Assembly: GCA_051891335.1 (NCBI GenBank)
Contig: JBJFFD010000022.1
Coordinates: 3,527-67,526, forward strand
DNA length: 64,000 bases
Source of the DNA: Candidatus Scatovivens sp.
GTDB lineage: Bacteria; Bacillota; Clostridia; TANB77; CAG-508
Direction of reading: 5' to 3'
Shown here: one piece after another, positions 49,011 to 59,869 of the stretch
Layout: every line of letters starts with the position of its first letter
Numbering within the stretch: position 1 is the stretch's first letter
The notes under the pieces: model-generated
The model's input: only the letters and a program-made list of their open reading frames with translations
Told to the model about the DNA's origin: nothing
Database searches by the model: none
Program-made: the position numbers and the translations under genes

Positions 49011-49604
49011 CTATAGCTCCTCCTTATTTATTTTTTTATAAATTTCATCCCAAGAATTTACAATTTCAAAATTTTCACACTCTTTATTGTATATATTAAC
49101 TTTAGATGCAAATAAAAAGCATTTTATATTAGAATTTGAAATTTCTCTACAATTTTTAATGCTGTCATCTATAAACAGATCCAATTTTTCATTAATTGCA
49201 ATTTCCTTTTTAGACTCAGCTCCCGTATAAATCTTATCATAAGATATATTATATTTTTTTAGCCATTCTTTAGAAATTTCTTCAGAATCACAGTAATCTT
49301 TATTCCATCTAGCTGTAATAATTATTATCTTATGTCCTTCTTGTTTTAATCTATTAATTGTTTCAATTGCTGATTGTTTAGGTTTTACTTTTTTTAATAA
49401 GTCTGCTAAGTTTGCTCTCCAAAAACCTTCCATTTCTTCTGGAGTTATTTTAAGAATGTTTTCAATATAATTAAAGTCTATTGCTTTTGAATAGTCTTCT
49501 ATTACTTCTCTTCCTAGTACATTTTTTAAATATTCTTTTGCTCTTGGGTATGTCTCTTCAAACGTTGATGATATTGTATCATCTATATCTATGCCTATAT
49601 TCAT
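49011..49604 (-). CDS. HAD-superfamily hydrolase (5'-nucleotidase-like) inserted between gatC and gatA
   Basis: HAD motif I DIDDT at the N-terminus (MNIGIDIDDTIS). 197 aa. Confidence 0.65.
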   Translation of the reverse strand: MNIGIDIDDTISSTFEETYPRAKEYLKNVLGREVIEDYSKAIDFNYIENILKITPEEMEGFWRANLADLLKKVKPKQSAIETINRLKQEGHKIIIITARWNKDYCDSEEISKEWLKKYNISYDKIYTGAESKKEIAINEKLDLFIDDSIKNCREISNSNIKCFLFASKVNIYNKECENFEIVNSWDEIYKKINKEEL

Positions 49605-49613
49605 AATATTCTC

Positions 49614-49901
49614 CTAATTTATTACTTTTGGAATTTGAAACATTCCATCTTCTTTACTTGGAGCATTTTTTAATAGTTCTTCTCTATTTTCAAATTTTAT
49701 AACTTCATCTTTTCTAAAAACATTATAATTTTGGTTTGTCATTATTGTTTCATCTATATTACTTGTATCAACATTATTTATTGTTTCTGCGAAGTTCAAT
49801 ATTTCTTCAAGGTCTCCTGTATATTTACTTACTTCTTCTGGTTTTAAATTTAGGTCTGCTAGTTTAGCAATATGGATAATCTCATCTTTATTAATTTTCA
49901 T
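49614..49901 (-). CDS. gatC: Asp-tRNA(Asn)/Glu-tRNA(Gln) amidotransferase subunit C
   Basis: MKINKDEIIHIAKLADLNLKPEEV... canonical GatC. Start at ATG 49901 with RBS GGAGG. Confidence 0.9.
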   Translation of the reverse strand: MKINKDEIIHIAKLADLNLKPEEVSKYTGDLEEILNFAETINNVDTSNIDETIMTNQNYNVFRKDEVIKFENREELLKNAPSKEDGMFQIPKVIN

Positions 49902-49945
49902 AAGAGTTTTCCTCCAATCTCTATAATGTGTTATTATATACTGAA

Positions 49946-49981
49946 AACAAAAAAAAAACAAGGATTTTATATCCTTGTTAA
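49946..49981 (-). terminator. Rho-independent terminator of the TM2 gene (AACAAGGAT-N7-ATCCTTGTT plus T10)
   Basis: 9-bp stem followed by a 10-T run in minus-strand sense. Confidence 0.75.
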
Positions 49982-49991
49982 TATATTTATT

Positions 49992-50276
49992 TTATTTTGT
50001 AAAGTTATCTTCTGTTATATAAGCACCTCTGCAATCTTTAAAATGTTTTACAGATATTAAAAGGAAATCATTTACAACAAAACTTCCTACTACAAGAAAT
50101 GCTAACATACCACATATTGCATTTACAAATAATATTAAGCTAGCACATATTGTTCCATACATCATTAAAAATCCACTACCTAATTTTCCTGCATATATAC
50201 GATGAATTCCTAGAAAACCTAAAAACCAACATAAAATTAAAGTAGTTAACCAACTTTTATTACTTTTTTCTTCCAT
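49992..50276 (-). CDS. TM2-domain membrane protein
   Basis: GxHRIYAGK motif (GIHRIYAGKLGSG) between two TM helices. Confidence 0.7.
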   Translation of the reverse strand: MEEKSNKSWLTTLILCWFLGFLGIHRIYAGKLGSGFLMMYGTICASLILFVNAICGMLAFLVVGSFVVNDFLLISVKHFKDCRGAYITEDNFTK

Positions 50277-50421
50277 CTTTTGTCACCTCTTTAAAATAAA
50301 TTACTTTTTATATCTATTTTTTATATTATAAATCAATTTTTGTCAATGATTTTTAATGATGTTACACAAATGAAATAAAAAAATAGCAAGCATATGCATT
50401 AAATACTTGCTATTTTTTTAT

Positions 50422-51408
50422 CTAATATAAATAATTTTGTGGATTTATTGTTGTTCCATTTAGCCTAATTTCTAAGTGTAAATGAGGTCCTGTTGAATTA
50501 CCAGTTGAACCAACCGCACCAATTAAAGTTGAATTATTTACACTTTGACCAACAGATACATATATTGCACTACAATGTGCATAATATGATTCTATTCCAT
50601 CACCATGATTTATTATTATTAAATTTCCATAAGAACCTTTAGAACTTGCATATGTTACTGTGCCAGATGCTATTGGGCAAATTCCCGTTCCAGCTGATGT
50701 TGCTATATCTAATCCGGTATGAAATCCACTACTTCTACTTCCATATCTTGATGTTACTATACCTGAAACAGGTCTAGATAGTCCTAAATTTCCTAAATAA
50801 GATGATACTTGCGCATTTACTTTTGTAGCAGCAGCTCTAGCCAATTGTTGTTCTTTTAATTTTTTTGCTTCTTCAGCAGCTTTTTTTGCATTATATTCAT
50901 CTACTTTTGTTTTTTTGGTTTCATTAAGAGAAGCAATAACAGTTTCTTCTGCAGTAATATTAAGCTCATTTGAATATTTTTCAATTATTCCTAAATTCAA
51001 GTTAATTTCTTCAGAAACACCTTCTTTTATCTGCGACACAATTTTTTCTGCTTCTTCTTCAGAATTAACTTGGAACTTTTCTTCACCATCTAATGTTATT
51101 GCATAAGTTTTATAAGTAATAATAGATTGTTCTTTAACCTTAGCGAAAACTTCGTTCTCTACGGTATTTGTATTTCTATTTACTAACTTGAATTCATATA
51201 TTGGCATATCCTTTATTTCTACAAAAGATATACAGCCTTCATTATTATTTTTATAATTTTCTATATTATTTTCTACTATTTCTTTTTCTGTTATAAATCC
51301 TAATGTTTCTCCTGATAATGTGACTTGATATGCAGGTTTGTATTTTATTATAACAACAGAGATTATAACTATTATACCAATTATAGCAATTTTAAATAGT
51401 TTTAGCAT
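50422..51408 (-). CDS. M23-family metallopeptidase (LytM-like) with an N-terminal membrane anchor and coiled coil
   Basis: The C-terminal HxxxD...HLHLE motif (FHTGLDIA...PHLHLEIR) is typical of peptidase M23. Confidence 0.8.
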   Translation of the reverse strand: MLKLFKIAIIGIIVIISVVIIKYKPAYQVTLSGETLGFITEKEIVENNIENYKNNNEGCISFVEIKDMPIYEFKLVNRNTNTVENEVFAKVKEQSIITYKTYAITLDGEEKFQVNSEEEAEKIVSQIKEGVSEEINLNLGIIEKYSNELNITAEETVIASLNETKKTKVDEYNAKKAAEEAKKLKEQQLARAAATKVNAQVSSYLGNLGLSRPVSGIVTSRYGSRSSGFHTGLDIATSAGTGICPIASGTVTYASSKGSYGNLIIINHGDGIESYYAHCSAIYVSVGQSVNNSTLIGAVGSTGNSTGPHLHLEIRLNGTTINPQNYLY

Positions 51409-51589
51409 TTCTTTTGTATAATATTTTATCCTTTTATTTATAATAAACTTTCACTCTCCTTTTATATTTTTTTGTGTCACATAAATATTATTATACACTA
51501 TTTTTAGCATTTTTTCAAGTTTTTGAATTGTGCTTAACCATATTATGGATTATTTAACAACTATTTATTCAAAAGAGTATAGGTAAAAT

Positions 51590-53526
51590 TTACCTATACT
51601 CTTTTTTTCTCGTTTTTTCTAACTTTTTCTTGATTTTTGTGATTAACGGCCACCACCGCCGCCACCACCGAAGCCGTCCTCCTCCTCCAGAAGAGAATCC
51701 TCCTCCTCCTCCAGAGCCAGATGACATCGTACTTGATGCAATTTCTGATAAATGTGCGCTGTATCCGCTATATACTGAGTTTTCAAAACTTCTTCCAACA
51801 TTATAATGATTGCAATAATATATAGATGCATAATGAGTTCTAAAATATTCGTCATCTTGTAATTGAGGGAAATATACTCTTAGTTGTTTTAGAACTTTAT
51901 CTGCAATTCCAAAAGTAGTCGCATAAACTAAATATTTCTCCCATAATACTAAATCTGGAACTCTTTTTTCATCAAGCAATGAAAAATCCAACATGAATTT
52001 TCTTAGTCCTTCCCATTTTTCTTTTTCATCTATCCCCTTTTGAGTAAGCCCTTTTAATCTATCCGCAACAATAATACAGGCAATCGTATTAAAAAATGCT
52101 ATTATAGTTGCTAATAGTGCCACTTTTGATGTACTTAGAGATATCAAAGATACTATAGCTATAAAAATCCATATTGCTGTAAATACTGAATATTTTACTC
52201 TTTTTCTAGCTATTTCAGAATCATAATTACCACTTTTCTTGTTACTATCCTTTGCTATTTCTGGTATATCCTCCCATAATGAATATGATGCGGTTTCATT
52301 TTTTTCACAATATTTCTTGAAGTCTTTCATTGTAATTCTTCCACTATCTCCAGCAGCTCGTCTTATAAAATAAAAGATTATTCTTTCATCCTCTTTCAAA
52401 AGTTCTGATCCATCATTATGTATAATCAAAGTAACATTATTTTTACTACCTTCTATTTCTTCGAAAGAAATTAATTTTTTTAAAGATAAATCCAATAAAG
52501 TTGCTGAAATAACTTTCCCTGTTTCAAATTTTTTTCCAAACCTATATAAAATTCTGCTTCTCCTGGAGTTGCATCCTCATTAGGAATATCTCTGTAATAC
52601 TCTAATTCTTGTGATGGAAGTATCTTAGGATTTTTTTCTATTGTATTTTTGGTTTTTACAAATGAAACAATTCCTATTATAAATACAATTATCGATATTA
52701 AAAAAACATTGTTTTTTTAATCTTCTTCTTGATTTTCTAATTGTTCTCGTGCTTCTTGTCTAATAGAGTTTGCTTTATTAGCATATTTAGTTTCTTCTGA
52801 TATTATTGCATCTAACTTATCTTTATTTCTAATATTTGTTGATGATTCAAAAATTGACGGAGGAGTGGCTATCCTAACTTCAATCATTGTATTTACAGAT
52901 ATATTTGAAACTTCAAATTTAGCTATATTATTTCCTTGTTTGTTAATTTCACCAGTCAGTGGCCCATGAGCCCAGACTCTAAATTGTTCTATATCAGTAA
53001 CAATATTTGGAAGTTTTATTGTTCCTGTAAGTTTTCTTACAGGTATTGAAAAATCAGTTCCAACAAACTGCCAATATAGCTCAGCACAATCATTATAAAT
53101 AAAAACAATATTATTTACTGTGTAAGAAATTTGATATTTTTTCGTTGCTCTAGTACCATCTGTATCAACATTCCAAGCAATTTCAAAGTCTCCATCATTG
53201 TTTTCTAGTGCATAATATCCCCCTTTATCAACATGATATTGGAGTTGATTTACATTTCTATACTCTTGATTTATTCCATTTGTTATTTCTTTAACTGAAA
53301 CATCTTTAAAACCACTAGGCGAAGAAGAAAAAGTCTTGAACAATGTATTTGTATCATATAAACTCACATCCCATGTTTCTATGACTTTCATATCACCATT
53401 AGCTTCTAAAGTAACCTCAAAATCTAAACTATTTAGTTCTTGACTTTTTGCTAAAGTTTTCATGTTCCAACATAAAATTAATGCAAAAAATAATATTAGT
53501 ATTATTTTTAGCTTTTTTCTTTTCAT
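51590..53526 (-). pseudogene. DUF2207-family membrane protein disrupted by an in-frame TAA (52717-52719) and a frameshift near 52520
   Basis: Collinear parts: signal peptide plus DUF2207 N-domain (52717-53526); TM helix and linker in the gap (KNNVFLISIIVFIIGIVSFVKTKNT...EAEFYIG); C-terminal domain with LWEKYLVYATTFGIADKV (51590-52495). The Gly-rich tail is ambiguous between two frames. Both disruptions lie next to A7 runs. Confidence 0.6.
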
Positions 53527-53548
53527 TAGTATTCCCCCTAAAAAAAAT

Positions 53549-56500
53549 TTATTTAATTTTCATTGAAAGCAATTTACTTATTCCTTTTTCTTCCATTGTA
53601 ATTCCATATACAGTATCTGCTGCTTCCATTGTTCCTTTTCTATGTGTTATTATTAAGAATTGAGTTTGCTTAGAAAATTTCTTCAAATATTCTGCAAATC
53701 TATATACATTAACATCATCTAATGCAGCTTCAATTTCATCCAATACACAAAATGGTGCTGGATTAATTTTAAGTATTGCAAATAATAATGCTATTGCTGT
53801 AAAAGCTTTTTCCCCACCTGATAATAGCATCATATTTTGCAATTTTTTTCCTGGTGGCTGAGCTTGTATTTGTATTCCACATTCTAATATATTTTCTTCA
53901 TCTTCTAATATTAATTCAGCCTTTCCTCCTCCAAATAATTCTATAAAAACTTCACCGAAATTTTTATTAATAATTTTAAATTGTTCAGAAAATTGTTTTT
54001 TCATTGTTTCTGTAATTTCTAATATAACTTTTTTTAATTTATTAACAGAATTTTCTAAATCTAATCTTTGTTCAGTCATAAAGTCATATCTTTCTTTTGT
54101 TTCTTTATATTCTTTAATAGACTCTATGTTTATATTTCCTAAATCTCTTATTTTTCCTCTTAATTCATTTACTCTTTTTTGAACTTCAGTTGGATTATCT
54201 ATTTTAGGTGCCTCAGAAACATTATTAGGAGTTAATTCATATTCTTCCCACATTTTATTTATAATTTGTTCTAATTCTAATTCTAATTTAGATTTTTTTA
54301 TATCAATTTTATTTATTTGGTTTTTTAATTCTTCTATTTGGCTTGTTTGCTCTAAGATATTTTTTTCCAATATTTCTAATTTTTCATTTTTTAAAGTTCT
54401 TTCTTTTTTTAAGTTTTCTATTTTATCGCTACTTTCTGAAACTTCTTTTTCTAAATCTTCTATTTGAATTTTTATATTTTCTATATCTTTAAGTAATTGT
54501 TCATTATCTATTTCTATTTCTTCCATTGATTTAATCTTTAATTGGATACTATTATTATTTGTATCAACATCTTTGTCTATTCTATCAATAATTTCATTTA
54601 TAGATGCTTCACTTTCATCAAAAGAAGAAACAGAAATTTTCAAATTAGTTATATCAAAATTTAAATCATCAATATATTTTTGGTTGTTTTTATTTATTTT
54701 TGTAAACTCTTCTATTTGGCCATTAAGCTTTTCTGATTCCTCATCTAATGTTTTTAATTTATCACTCAATTCTTCTTGTAATTGCATACATTTTCGCTTT
54801 TCTTCATTTAATTGTTTCGTATCATCTTGCCTCAATTTATCAAGCTTTGAAGTTAGTTTCAGAATTTCTAATTCTAAATTGTCTATTTTTTGTTTTTCTG
54901 TTGCATATATAATTTGTATTTCTTGCATTTTATTTTTATTATTTTCATATTGCTCTAAATTTTCTTTTATTGATTCTTTATATTCTTCTTTTTCTCCTTT
55001 TAATTTATTAATTTTTAATTGTAAACTTTTAAGTTCATTTTCTAACTGTTTTATTTCTTTGCCTCTACCTAATATATTCACTGTCTTTTTAGAAACCGAA
55101 CCTCCAGATATTGCACCAGATGGATTTATAACATCTCCCTCAAGTGTTACAATTTTAAAATTATAAGAATTCTTTTTTGCTAAATTTATAGCAGAATCTA
55201 TATTTTTAACAATTACAGTTTTTCCTAATAAATTTAATATTATCTGTTCATATTTTTTATCACATTCTACTAAATCACAAGCTAATCCTATTACTCCATC
55301 TATATTTTTAGAATCATACTTATTCAATCTTTGGCCTTTTACTGCACTAATTGGTAAAAATGATGCTCTTCCCCAATTATTTACTCTTAAACAATTAACT
55401 AATTTTTTGGCTTGTTCTTCTGTATCTGTAACAATATTTTGAATAGCTCCACCTAAGCACATTTCTATTGCTGTTTGGTATTCATTTTTAACAGAAATTA
55501 AATTAGCTAATACACCATTTACACCTTTTTTTAGTTCACTATTTCTTTCGGTTTCTTCAAGTAATAGCTTCACACTCCTTGTATATCCTTCTTTTTCTCT
55601 TTCTGTTTCTACTAAAAATCTATGCCTAGACTCCTTAATTCTAAATTCTGATTGAAATTTATTTATTTTTTCTTCAAATTCCTCAAGTTTTTTACTATAT
55701 TCAATATTACTTTTTTCTAAATTATCTATCTTTTTTATTAAGTCGTTCCTATTGTTATTAATATCGTAAAATTTTCTATTTAATTCTTCTTTTACTGTTC
55801 TTTGCATGTCTAATTCTGATATTGTATTTTCTATATCTAATTTCAAAAGATTTTCTTTTTTATCTAGATTTTCAAGGTTTGCTTTTTCGGTATTAATATT
55901 TGCTATTATTTCATATCTTAAATCAATATTTTCGTCAACTTTTTTCTTTTTATTTTCAATTTCAACTTCTTTAGTACTAAGTGTTTTAGTATACTTTTCT
56001 AATTCTTCTAATTTTAGATTTAATTCTTCATCAAATTTTACTTTATTTTTAGTTAAATTTTCTTTTTTATCTATTTTTTGTTTCTTTTCTTCTTCTAATA
56101 ATTTATTTCTATTTTTTAATTCTTCTATATCTTTTTGATATCTTTGATAATTTTCTTTATTATTTTCTATTCTTTCTTCATTAACTTTTATTTTACCATT
56201 AAATTGTTCTTTTTTCTTTTCACTTTCAAAGCCCATATTTTGAGTCTGTTCTATAAGAGATATTATTTCATCTAATTTTGCTTTAATTTCATCCTTTTCT
56301 GTTTGATAATTATTTAGTTTTTCTTCTTCCTTAATTTTTTGAGTTTCAAAAACATCAATATTTTCTAAGCTTTCTTTTATTTTTTCTTTAATATTATCTA
56401 TATTATGTAGAAATAATCCAACCTCTATATTTTTTAATTCATCTCTTAAAGCTAAAAATTTTTTTGCCTTTTCTGACTGTAATTTTAATGGTTCTATACT

Positions 56501-57100
56501 TGACTCAATTTCTGATATTATATCATTTATCCTTAAAAGATTTAATTTTGTTTGCTCTAATTTTTTTTCAGATTCTACTTTTCTTGTTCTGTATTTAACT
56601 ATACCTGCCGCTTCTTCAAAAATATTTCTTCTATCTTCTGATTTATTACTTAAAATTTCATCTATTTTTCCTTGCCCAATTATTGAATATCCATCTTTAC
56701 CTATTCCCGTATCCATAAATAATTCTAGTATATCCTTTAATCTACATGGAGTTTTATTTATAAAATATCCAGATTCTCCACTTCTATATATTCTTCTAGT
56801 TACTATTGCTTCTGAATATTCAATTGGTAATTTCCCATCGGAATTATCTATTACAATAGAAGCTTCTGCATATCCTAGTGCCTTTCTAGTTTGAGTCCCT
56901 GCAAATATAATATCTTCTGATTTTGTTCCTCTTAAAGATTTCATACTTTGTTCTCCAAGTACCCATCTTATACAATCTGAAATATTGCTTTTTCCTGAAC
57001 CATTTGGTCCTATTACAGTTGTAATTCCTGGCATAAACTCTAAAGTTGCTTTGTCTGCAAAAGATTTAAACCCATACATTTCTAGCCTTTTTAAATACAT
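53549..57100 (-). CDS. smc: Chromosome partition protein SMC
   Basis: N-terminal Walker A GPNGSGKSN. Long coiled coils. Hinge. C-terminal signature LSGGEKAFTAIALLFAI and the Walker B motif. 1183 aa. Confidence 0.95.
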   Translation of the reverse strand: MYLKRLEMYGFKSFADKATLEFMPGITTVIGPNGSGKSNISDCIRWVLGEQSMKSLRGTKSEDIIFAGTQTRKALGYAEASIVIDNSDGKLPIEYSEAIVTRRIYRSGESGYFINKTPCRLKDILELFMDTGIGKDGYSIIGQGKIDEILSNKSEDRRNIFEEAAGIVKYRTRKVESEKKLEQTKLNLLRINDIISEIESSIEPLKLQSEKAKKFLALRDELKNIEVGLFLHNIDNIKEKIKESLENIDVFETQKIKEEEKLNNYQTEKDEIKAKLDEIISLIEQTQNMGFESEKKKEQFNGKIKVNEERIENNKENYQRYQKDIEELKNRNKLLEEEKKQKIDKKENLTKNKVKFDEELNLKLEELEKYTKTLSTKEVEIENKKKKVDENIDLRYEIIANINTEKANLENLDKKENLLKLDIENTISELDMQRTVKEELNRKFYDINNNRNDLIKKIDNLEKSNIEYSKKLEEFEEKINKFQSEFRIKESRHRFLVETEREKEGYTRSVKLLLEETERNSELKKGVNGVLANLISVKNEYQTAIEMCLGGAIQNIVTDTEEQAKKLVNCLRVNNWGRASFLPISAVKGQRLNKYDSKNIDGVIGLACDLVECDKKYEQIILNLLGKTVIVKNIDSAINLAKKNSYNFKIVTLEGDVINPSGAISGGSVSKKTVNILGRGKEIKQLENELKSLQLKINKLKGEKEEYKESIKENLEQYENNKNKMQEIQIIYATEKQKIDNLELEILKLTSKLDKLRQDDTKQLNEEKRKCMQLQEELSDKLKTLDEESEKLNGQIEEFTKINKNNQKYIDDLNFDITNLKISVSSFDESEASINEIIDRIDKDVDTNNNSIQLKIKSMEEIEIDNEQLLKDIENIKIQIEDLEKEVSESSDKIENLKKERTLKNEKLEILEKNILEQTSQIEELKNQINKIDIKKSKLELELEQIINKMWEEYELTPNNVSEAPKIDNPTEVQKRVNELRGKIRDLGNINIESIKEYKETKERYDFMTEQRLDLENSVNKLKKVILEITETMKKQFSEQFKIINKNFGEVFIELFGGGKAELILEDEENILECGIQIQAQPPGKKLQNMMLLSGGEKAFTAIALLFAILKINPAPFCVLDEIEAALDDVNVYRFAEYLKKFSKQTQFLIITHRKGTMEAADTVYGITMEEKGISKLLSMKIK

Positions 57101-57249
57101 CTTAGTTCCTCCAATAGTTTTCTTTATTATCTGCGTTTACATCTTATCTTAATTTTACAAAAAATTCAACATATAAAATTATTTTTTTCTTGATTTATTT
57201 ACAATTAAAGTATAGAATTGCTTTAGTATTATTCGAAAGGATTCCTAAA

Positions 57250-58191
57250 ATGAAAGAAGATTTTGATTTTTATAGTAAAACTGCTCTAAAATCTTATAAT
57301 TTAAATGAAAAAATAAGATACCAACTTAAAATGCTAGATAGTTTAGATGCATTTACAAGAAGACATTCAGAAAATGTTGCTAACATTACTTGTAGGCTTT
57401 GTGAATATTTAAAGATGAGTGAAGGTTTTACGATATATTGCACAACTTGTGCTTATTTACACGATGTAGGAAAGATTTTTATCCCTCCTGCTGTACTTCA
57501 AAAGCCTGGGAAATTAACACCAGAAGAATATGAAATAATGAAATCACACACAACCATTGGTTATAATATATGTATGAAAGATGAAAAATTAAGGCCTTAT
57601 GCTGCCGGAGCACTATTTCATCATGAATCATTAAATGGTACTGGATATCCAAATGGGGTAAAAGAAAAAGATATTCCATATGAAGCTCAAATAATTAGAG
57701 TTGCAGATGAATTTGAAGCAATTAGTTCAAAAAGGCAATATAAAACTCATATAGGAATTGTCGAAACATTAAATATTTTAATTGAAAATACAAAACCAAA
57801 TCCCATAAAACTATCTGATGGATTAAAAATATTAACTCATGAGACAAAAGTTGGAAAAATAGATAGGAAAATAGTAAAAGCACTTTTTAAAGTTGTTATT
57901 GATGATACAGAATACGAAATTTCTTGTAGGATTAATTATCTAAATTATTTAAAAGAAGAAATAAAAAGAATGGAACAAGCTTATAAATACTATAGAAAAA
58001 TGGATGCTGCTATTACAAGTTCTAAAAAAGAATATTATAGGCAATATACTGTTTCATATCTTAGAAAAAATGAAAAAATAGAGCTTGTTCCTCAAATTTT
58101 ATCTGAGTTAAAACAAGCCTATGAAGCAAAACAAGAACATATTGACAAATTATATTCTGAAGTACATAAAATAAAAAGGTTAGTTGTTTAA
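57250..58191 (+). CDS. HD-GYP domain protein (putative c-di-GMP phosphodiesterase)
   Basis: HD motif (YLHDVGKIFIP) and GYP motif (NGTGYPNG). Start at ATG 57250. Terminator hairpin at 58222-58262. Confidence 0.8.
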   Translation: MKEDFDFYSKTALKSYNLNEKIRYQLKMLDSLDAFTRRHSENVANITCRLCEYLKMSEGFTIYCTTCAYLHDVGKIFIPPAVLQKPGKLTPEEYEIMKSHTTIGYNICMKDEKLRPYAAGALFHHESLNGTGYPNGVKEKDIPYEAQIIRVADEFEAISSKRQYKTHIGIVETLNILIENTKPNPIKLSDGLKILTHETKVGKIDRKIVKALFKVVIDDTEYEISCRINYLNYLKEEIKRMEQAYKYYRKMDAAITSSKKEYYRQYTVSYLRKNEKIELVPQILSELKQAYEAKQEHIDKLYSEVHKIKRLVV

Positions 58192-58281
58192 AAAGGAATA
58201 AAAGTTTCTGGTTTAAAAAATATATAATGATTATTAATATTAGTCATTATATATTTTTTTGTTCTTTTATAATAGATAAAA

Positions 58282-58878
58282 ACGATAGCCTTTTACAAAT
58301 TTTCCTCTTCATTCTCTTTCTCTTCTAATAAATCATCAATAACAATTTGTTCATTTTCATCTAATTTATATCTTGGTAATTCTGGTAATTCATCTAAATT
58401 TGATATACCAAACATTTTTAAGAAATTTTCAGTAACTTCGTATACTCCTGGTCTTCCGTGGTGCATCCAGTTTCCCTGTTTTTTCTATTAAATTAAATTC
58501 TTGAAGCTTATAAATTGCTCCATCTGAGCTGACTCCTCTTATAGCCTCTATTTGAGCTCTTGTTATTTTAGGGTTATATGCAATTATTGCCAATGTTTCT
58601 AATGCAGAATTAGAAAGAGTAGGCTTTGTTCTATTATCAAATAATGGATAAATATATTCATATAATTCTTTTTTTGTGCATAGTTGATATCCGTCTTCAA
58701 CCTTTAAAAGTTCTATTCCACTATCTTTTTTGTCATATTTATCTTTTAATATTTTTATTATTTTTTCTATCTCATCATTTCCAATTTCTAATGCAGTCAT
58801 TATATCCTTATTTCTTATTATGCTTCCTGTGGCAAATAGCATAGCTTCAACAATTGCTAATTCTTTTTCTAATTCCAT
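58282..58878 (-). CDS. scpB: Segregation and condensation protein B, with an apparent single-base frameshift near 58458
   Basis: N-terminal wHTH domains (LEAMLFATG..., AYNPKITRAQIEAIRGVSSDGAIYKL). After ...KTGKLDAP the canonical GRPGVYEVTENFLKMFGISNLDELP continues in the +1 frame to the stop at 58282. One extra C. Confidence 0.75.
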
Positions 58879-59036
58879 TTTTTCATCTCCTATTAGAACA
58901 ATAAGCTTTAAAAGTTATTTATATTACTATATAATTAAATCATGTAATTATTAATATGTCAATAAAAATTGACATTCTAATATAGTATATGATATAATTT
59001 AATTTGTATTTAAATATATCAATTTGGAGGATATTT

Positions 59037-59231
59037 ATGAATAATAATGATGATAAAGAAAAGAATAATAGTGTTGAAGATATCGAAATAATCATTGGTG
59101 ATGATTCTAATTTAGAAATTTCAAATGTGGAAGATTTTATGCCTGAGTTAAAGCCACTTAAAGAAAAAAAGAAAAATCTTGTTATACCTGTTGTAAAAAA
59201 GAAAAATACTTCAAACAAAGACAATTCATAA
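59037..59231 (+). CDS. Hypothetical small acidic/lysine-rich protein
   Basis: RBS GGAGG 6 nt upstream of ATG 59037. MNNNDDKEKNNSVEDIEIIIGDD... Confidence 0.4.
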   Translation: MNNNDDKEKNNSVEDIEIIIGDDSNLEISNVEDFMPELKPLKEKKKNLVIPVVKKKNTSNKDNS

Positions 59232-59312
59232 GATTTTCATATTTTTTTATAATTTTGATTGACAAATGATATTAAAACTATTATAATTAATTGCGTTAAT
59301 TGTCAATTTAAT

Positions 59313-59389
59313 GGCGGGGTAGCTCAGTTGGCTAGAGCACTTGGTTCATACCCAAGGTGTCGAGAGTTCGAATCTCCCTCCCGCTACCA
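59313..59389 (+). tRNA. tRNA-Met (anticodon CAT, elongator-type; the Ile2/lysidine alternative is not excluded)
   Basis: Cloverleaf: acceptor GGCGGGG/TCCCGCT. D-arm TAGCTCAGTTGGCTAGAGCA. Anticodon arm CTTGG-TTCATAC-CCAAG. T-arm GTTCGAATC. Encoded CCA. Terminator hairpin AAAACCGTA...TACGGTTTT at 59391-59423. Confidence 0.9.
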
Positions 59390-59795
59390 TCAAAACCGTA
59401 TTTTATACGGTTTTATTTTTTTATAAATTTTTATTCTCTTCCATAAATTACTAATTTTGTTATTATAATACAATAAAAGGCTATTAATTTCAACGTATTA
59501 TCTGTCTTGCTTATTATAATCTATATAAGGGAAATTAATTTAAATCTCTGTAGGGGCGGAACCCCGTGTCCGCCCGTAAAAAAATACATTGTTTGCGGGT
59601 CGACAGAGGCGTCGACCCCTACAACATTTTCAATAAATTTTATTCCTACAAATTACTAATTATTGTTCTGATTATGCCATAAATGACAGATAATTTTGAA
59701 AAAATTTTTGGTTTTGAATATGATGAATATTTATTTACAAATAAAATTATTATCGAAGAAATAACAAGAATAATTATTTTATATAAATAAATTAA
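59380..59795 (+). repeat. Direct repeat unit copy 1: tRNA-Met 3' end, terminator, an inverted REP doublet, and a remnant of a small ORF
   Basis: Near-identical to 61255-61870, with 1 SNP across the roughly 290-bp core. Copy 2 has an extra roughly 200 bp (N-terminal part of ORF 61599..61865). The tRNA-proximal 40 bp is more diverged. Confidence 0.8.
59548..59629. repeat. Inverted REP doublet: GTAGGGGCGGA-N8-TCCGCCC in plus orientation, and GGGTCGAC-N6-GTCGACCCCTACAACATTTT in minus orientation
   Basis: Two family members in opposite orientation about 20 bp apart. Duplicated again at about 61423-61505. Confidence 0.55.
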
Positions 59796-59869
59796 TTTAA
59801 AAAAAAGCAAAGTTTTTGTATTAGTAGCACAAAAACTTTTTATTTAACTTTTTTTACAAAATCTATTAA

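Noticed and set aside
51643-51855. 70-aa ORF ending in a poly-Gly stretch
   Set aside because: It is the alternative reading frame of the Gly-rich C-terminal tail of the DUF2207 gene, not an independent gene. It is kept only as evidence of frame ambiguity there.
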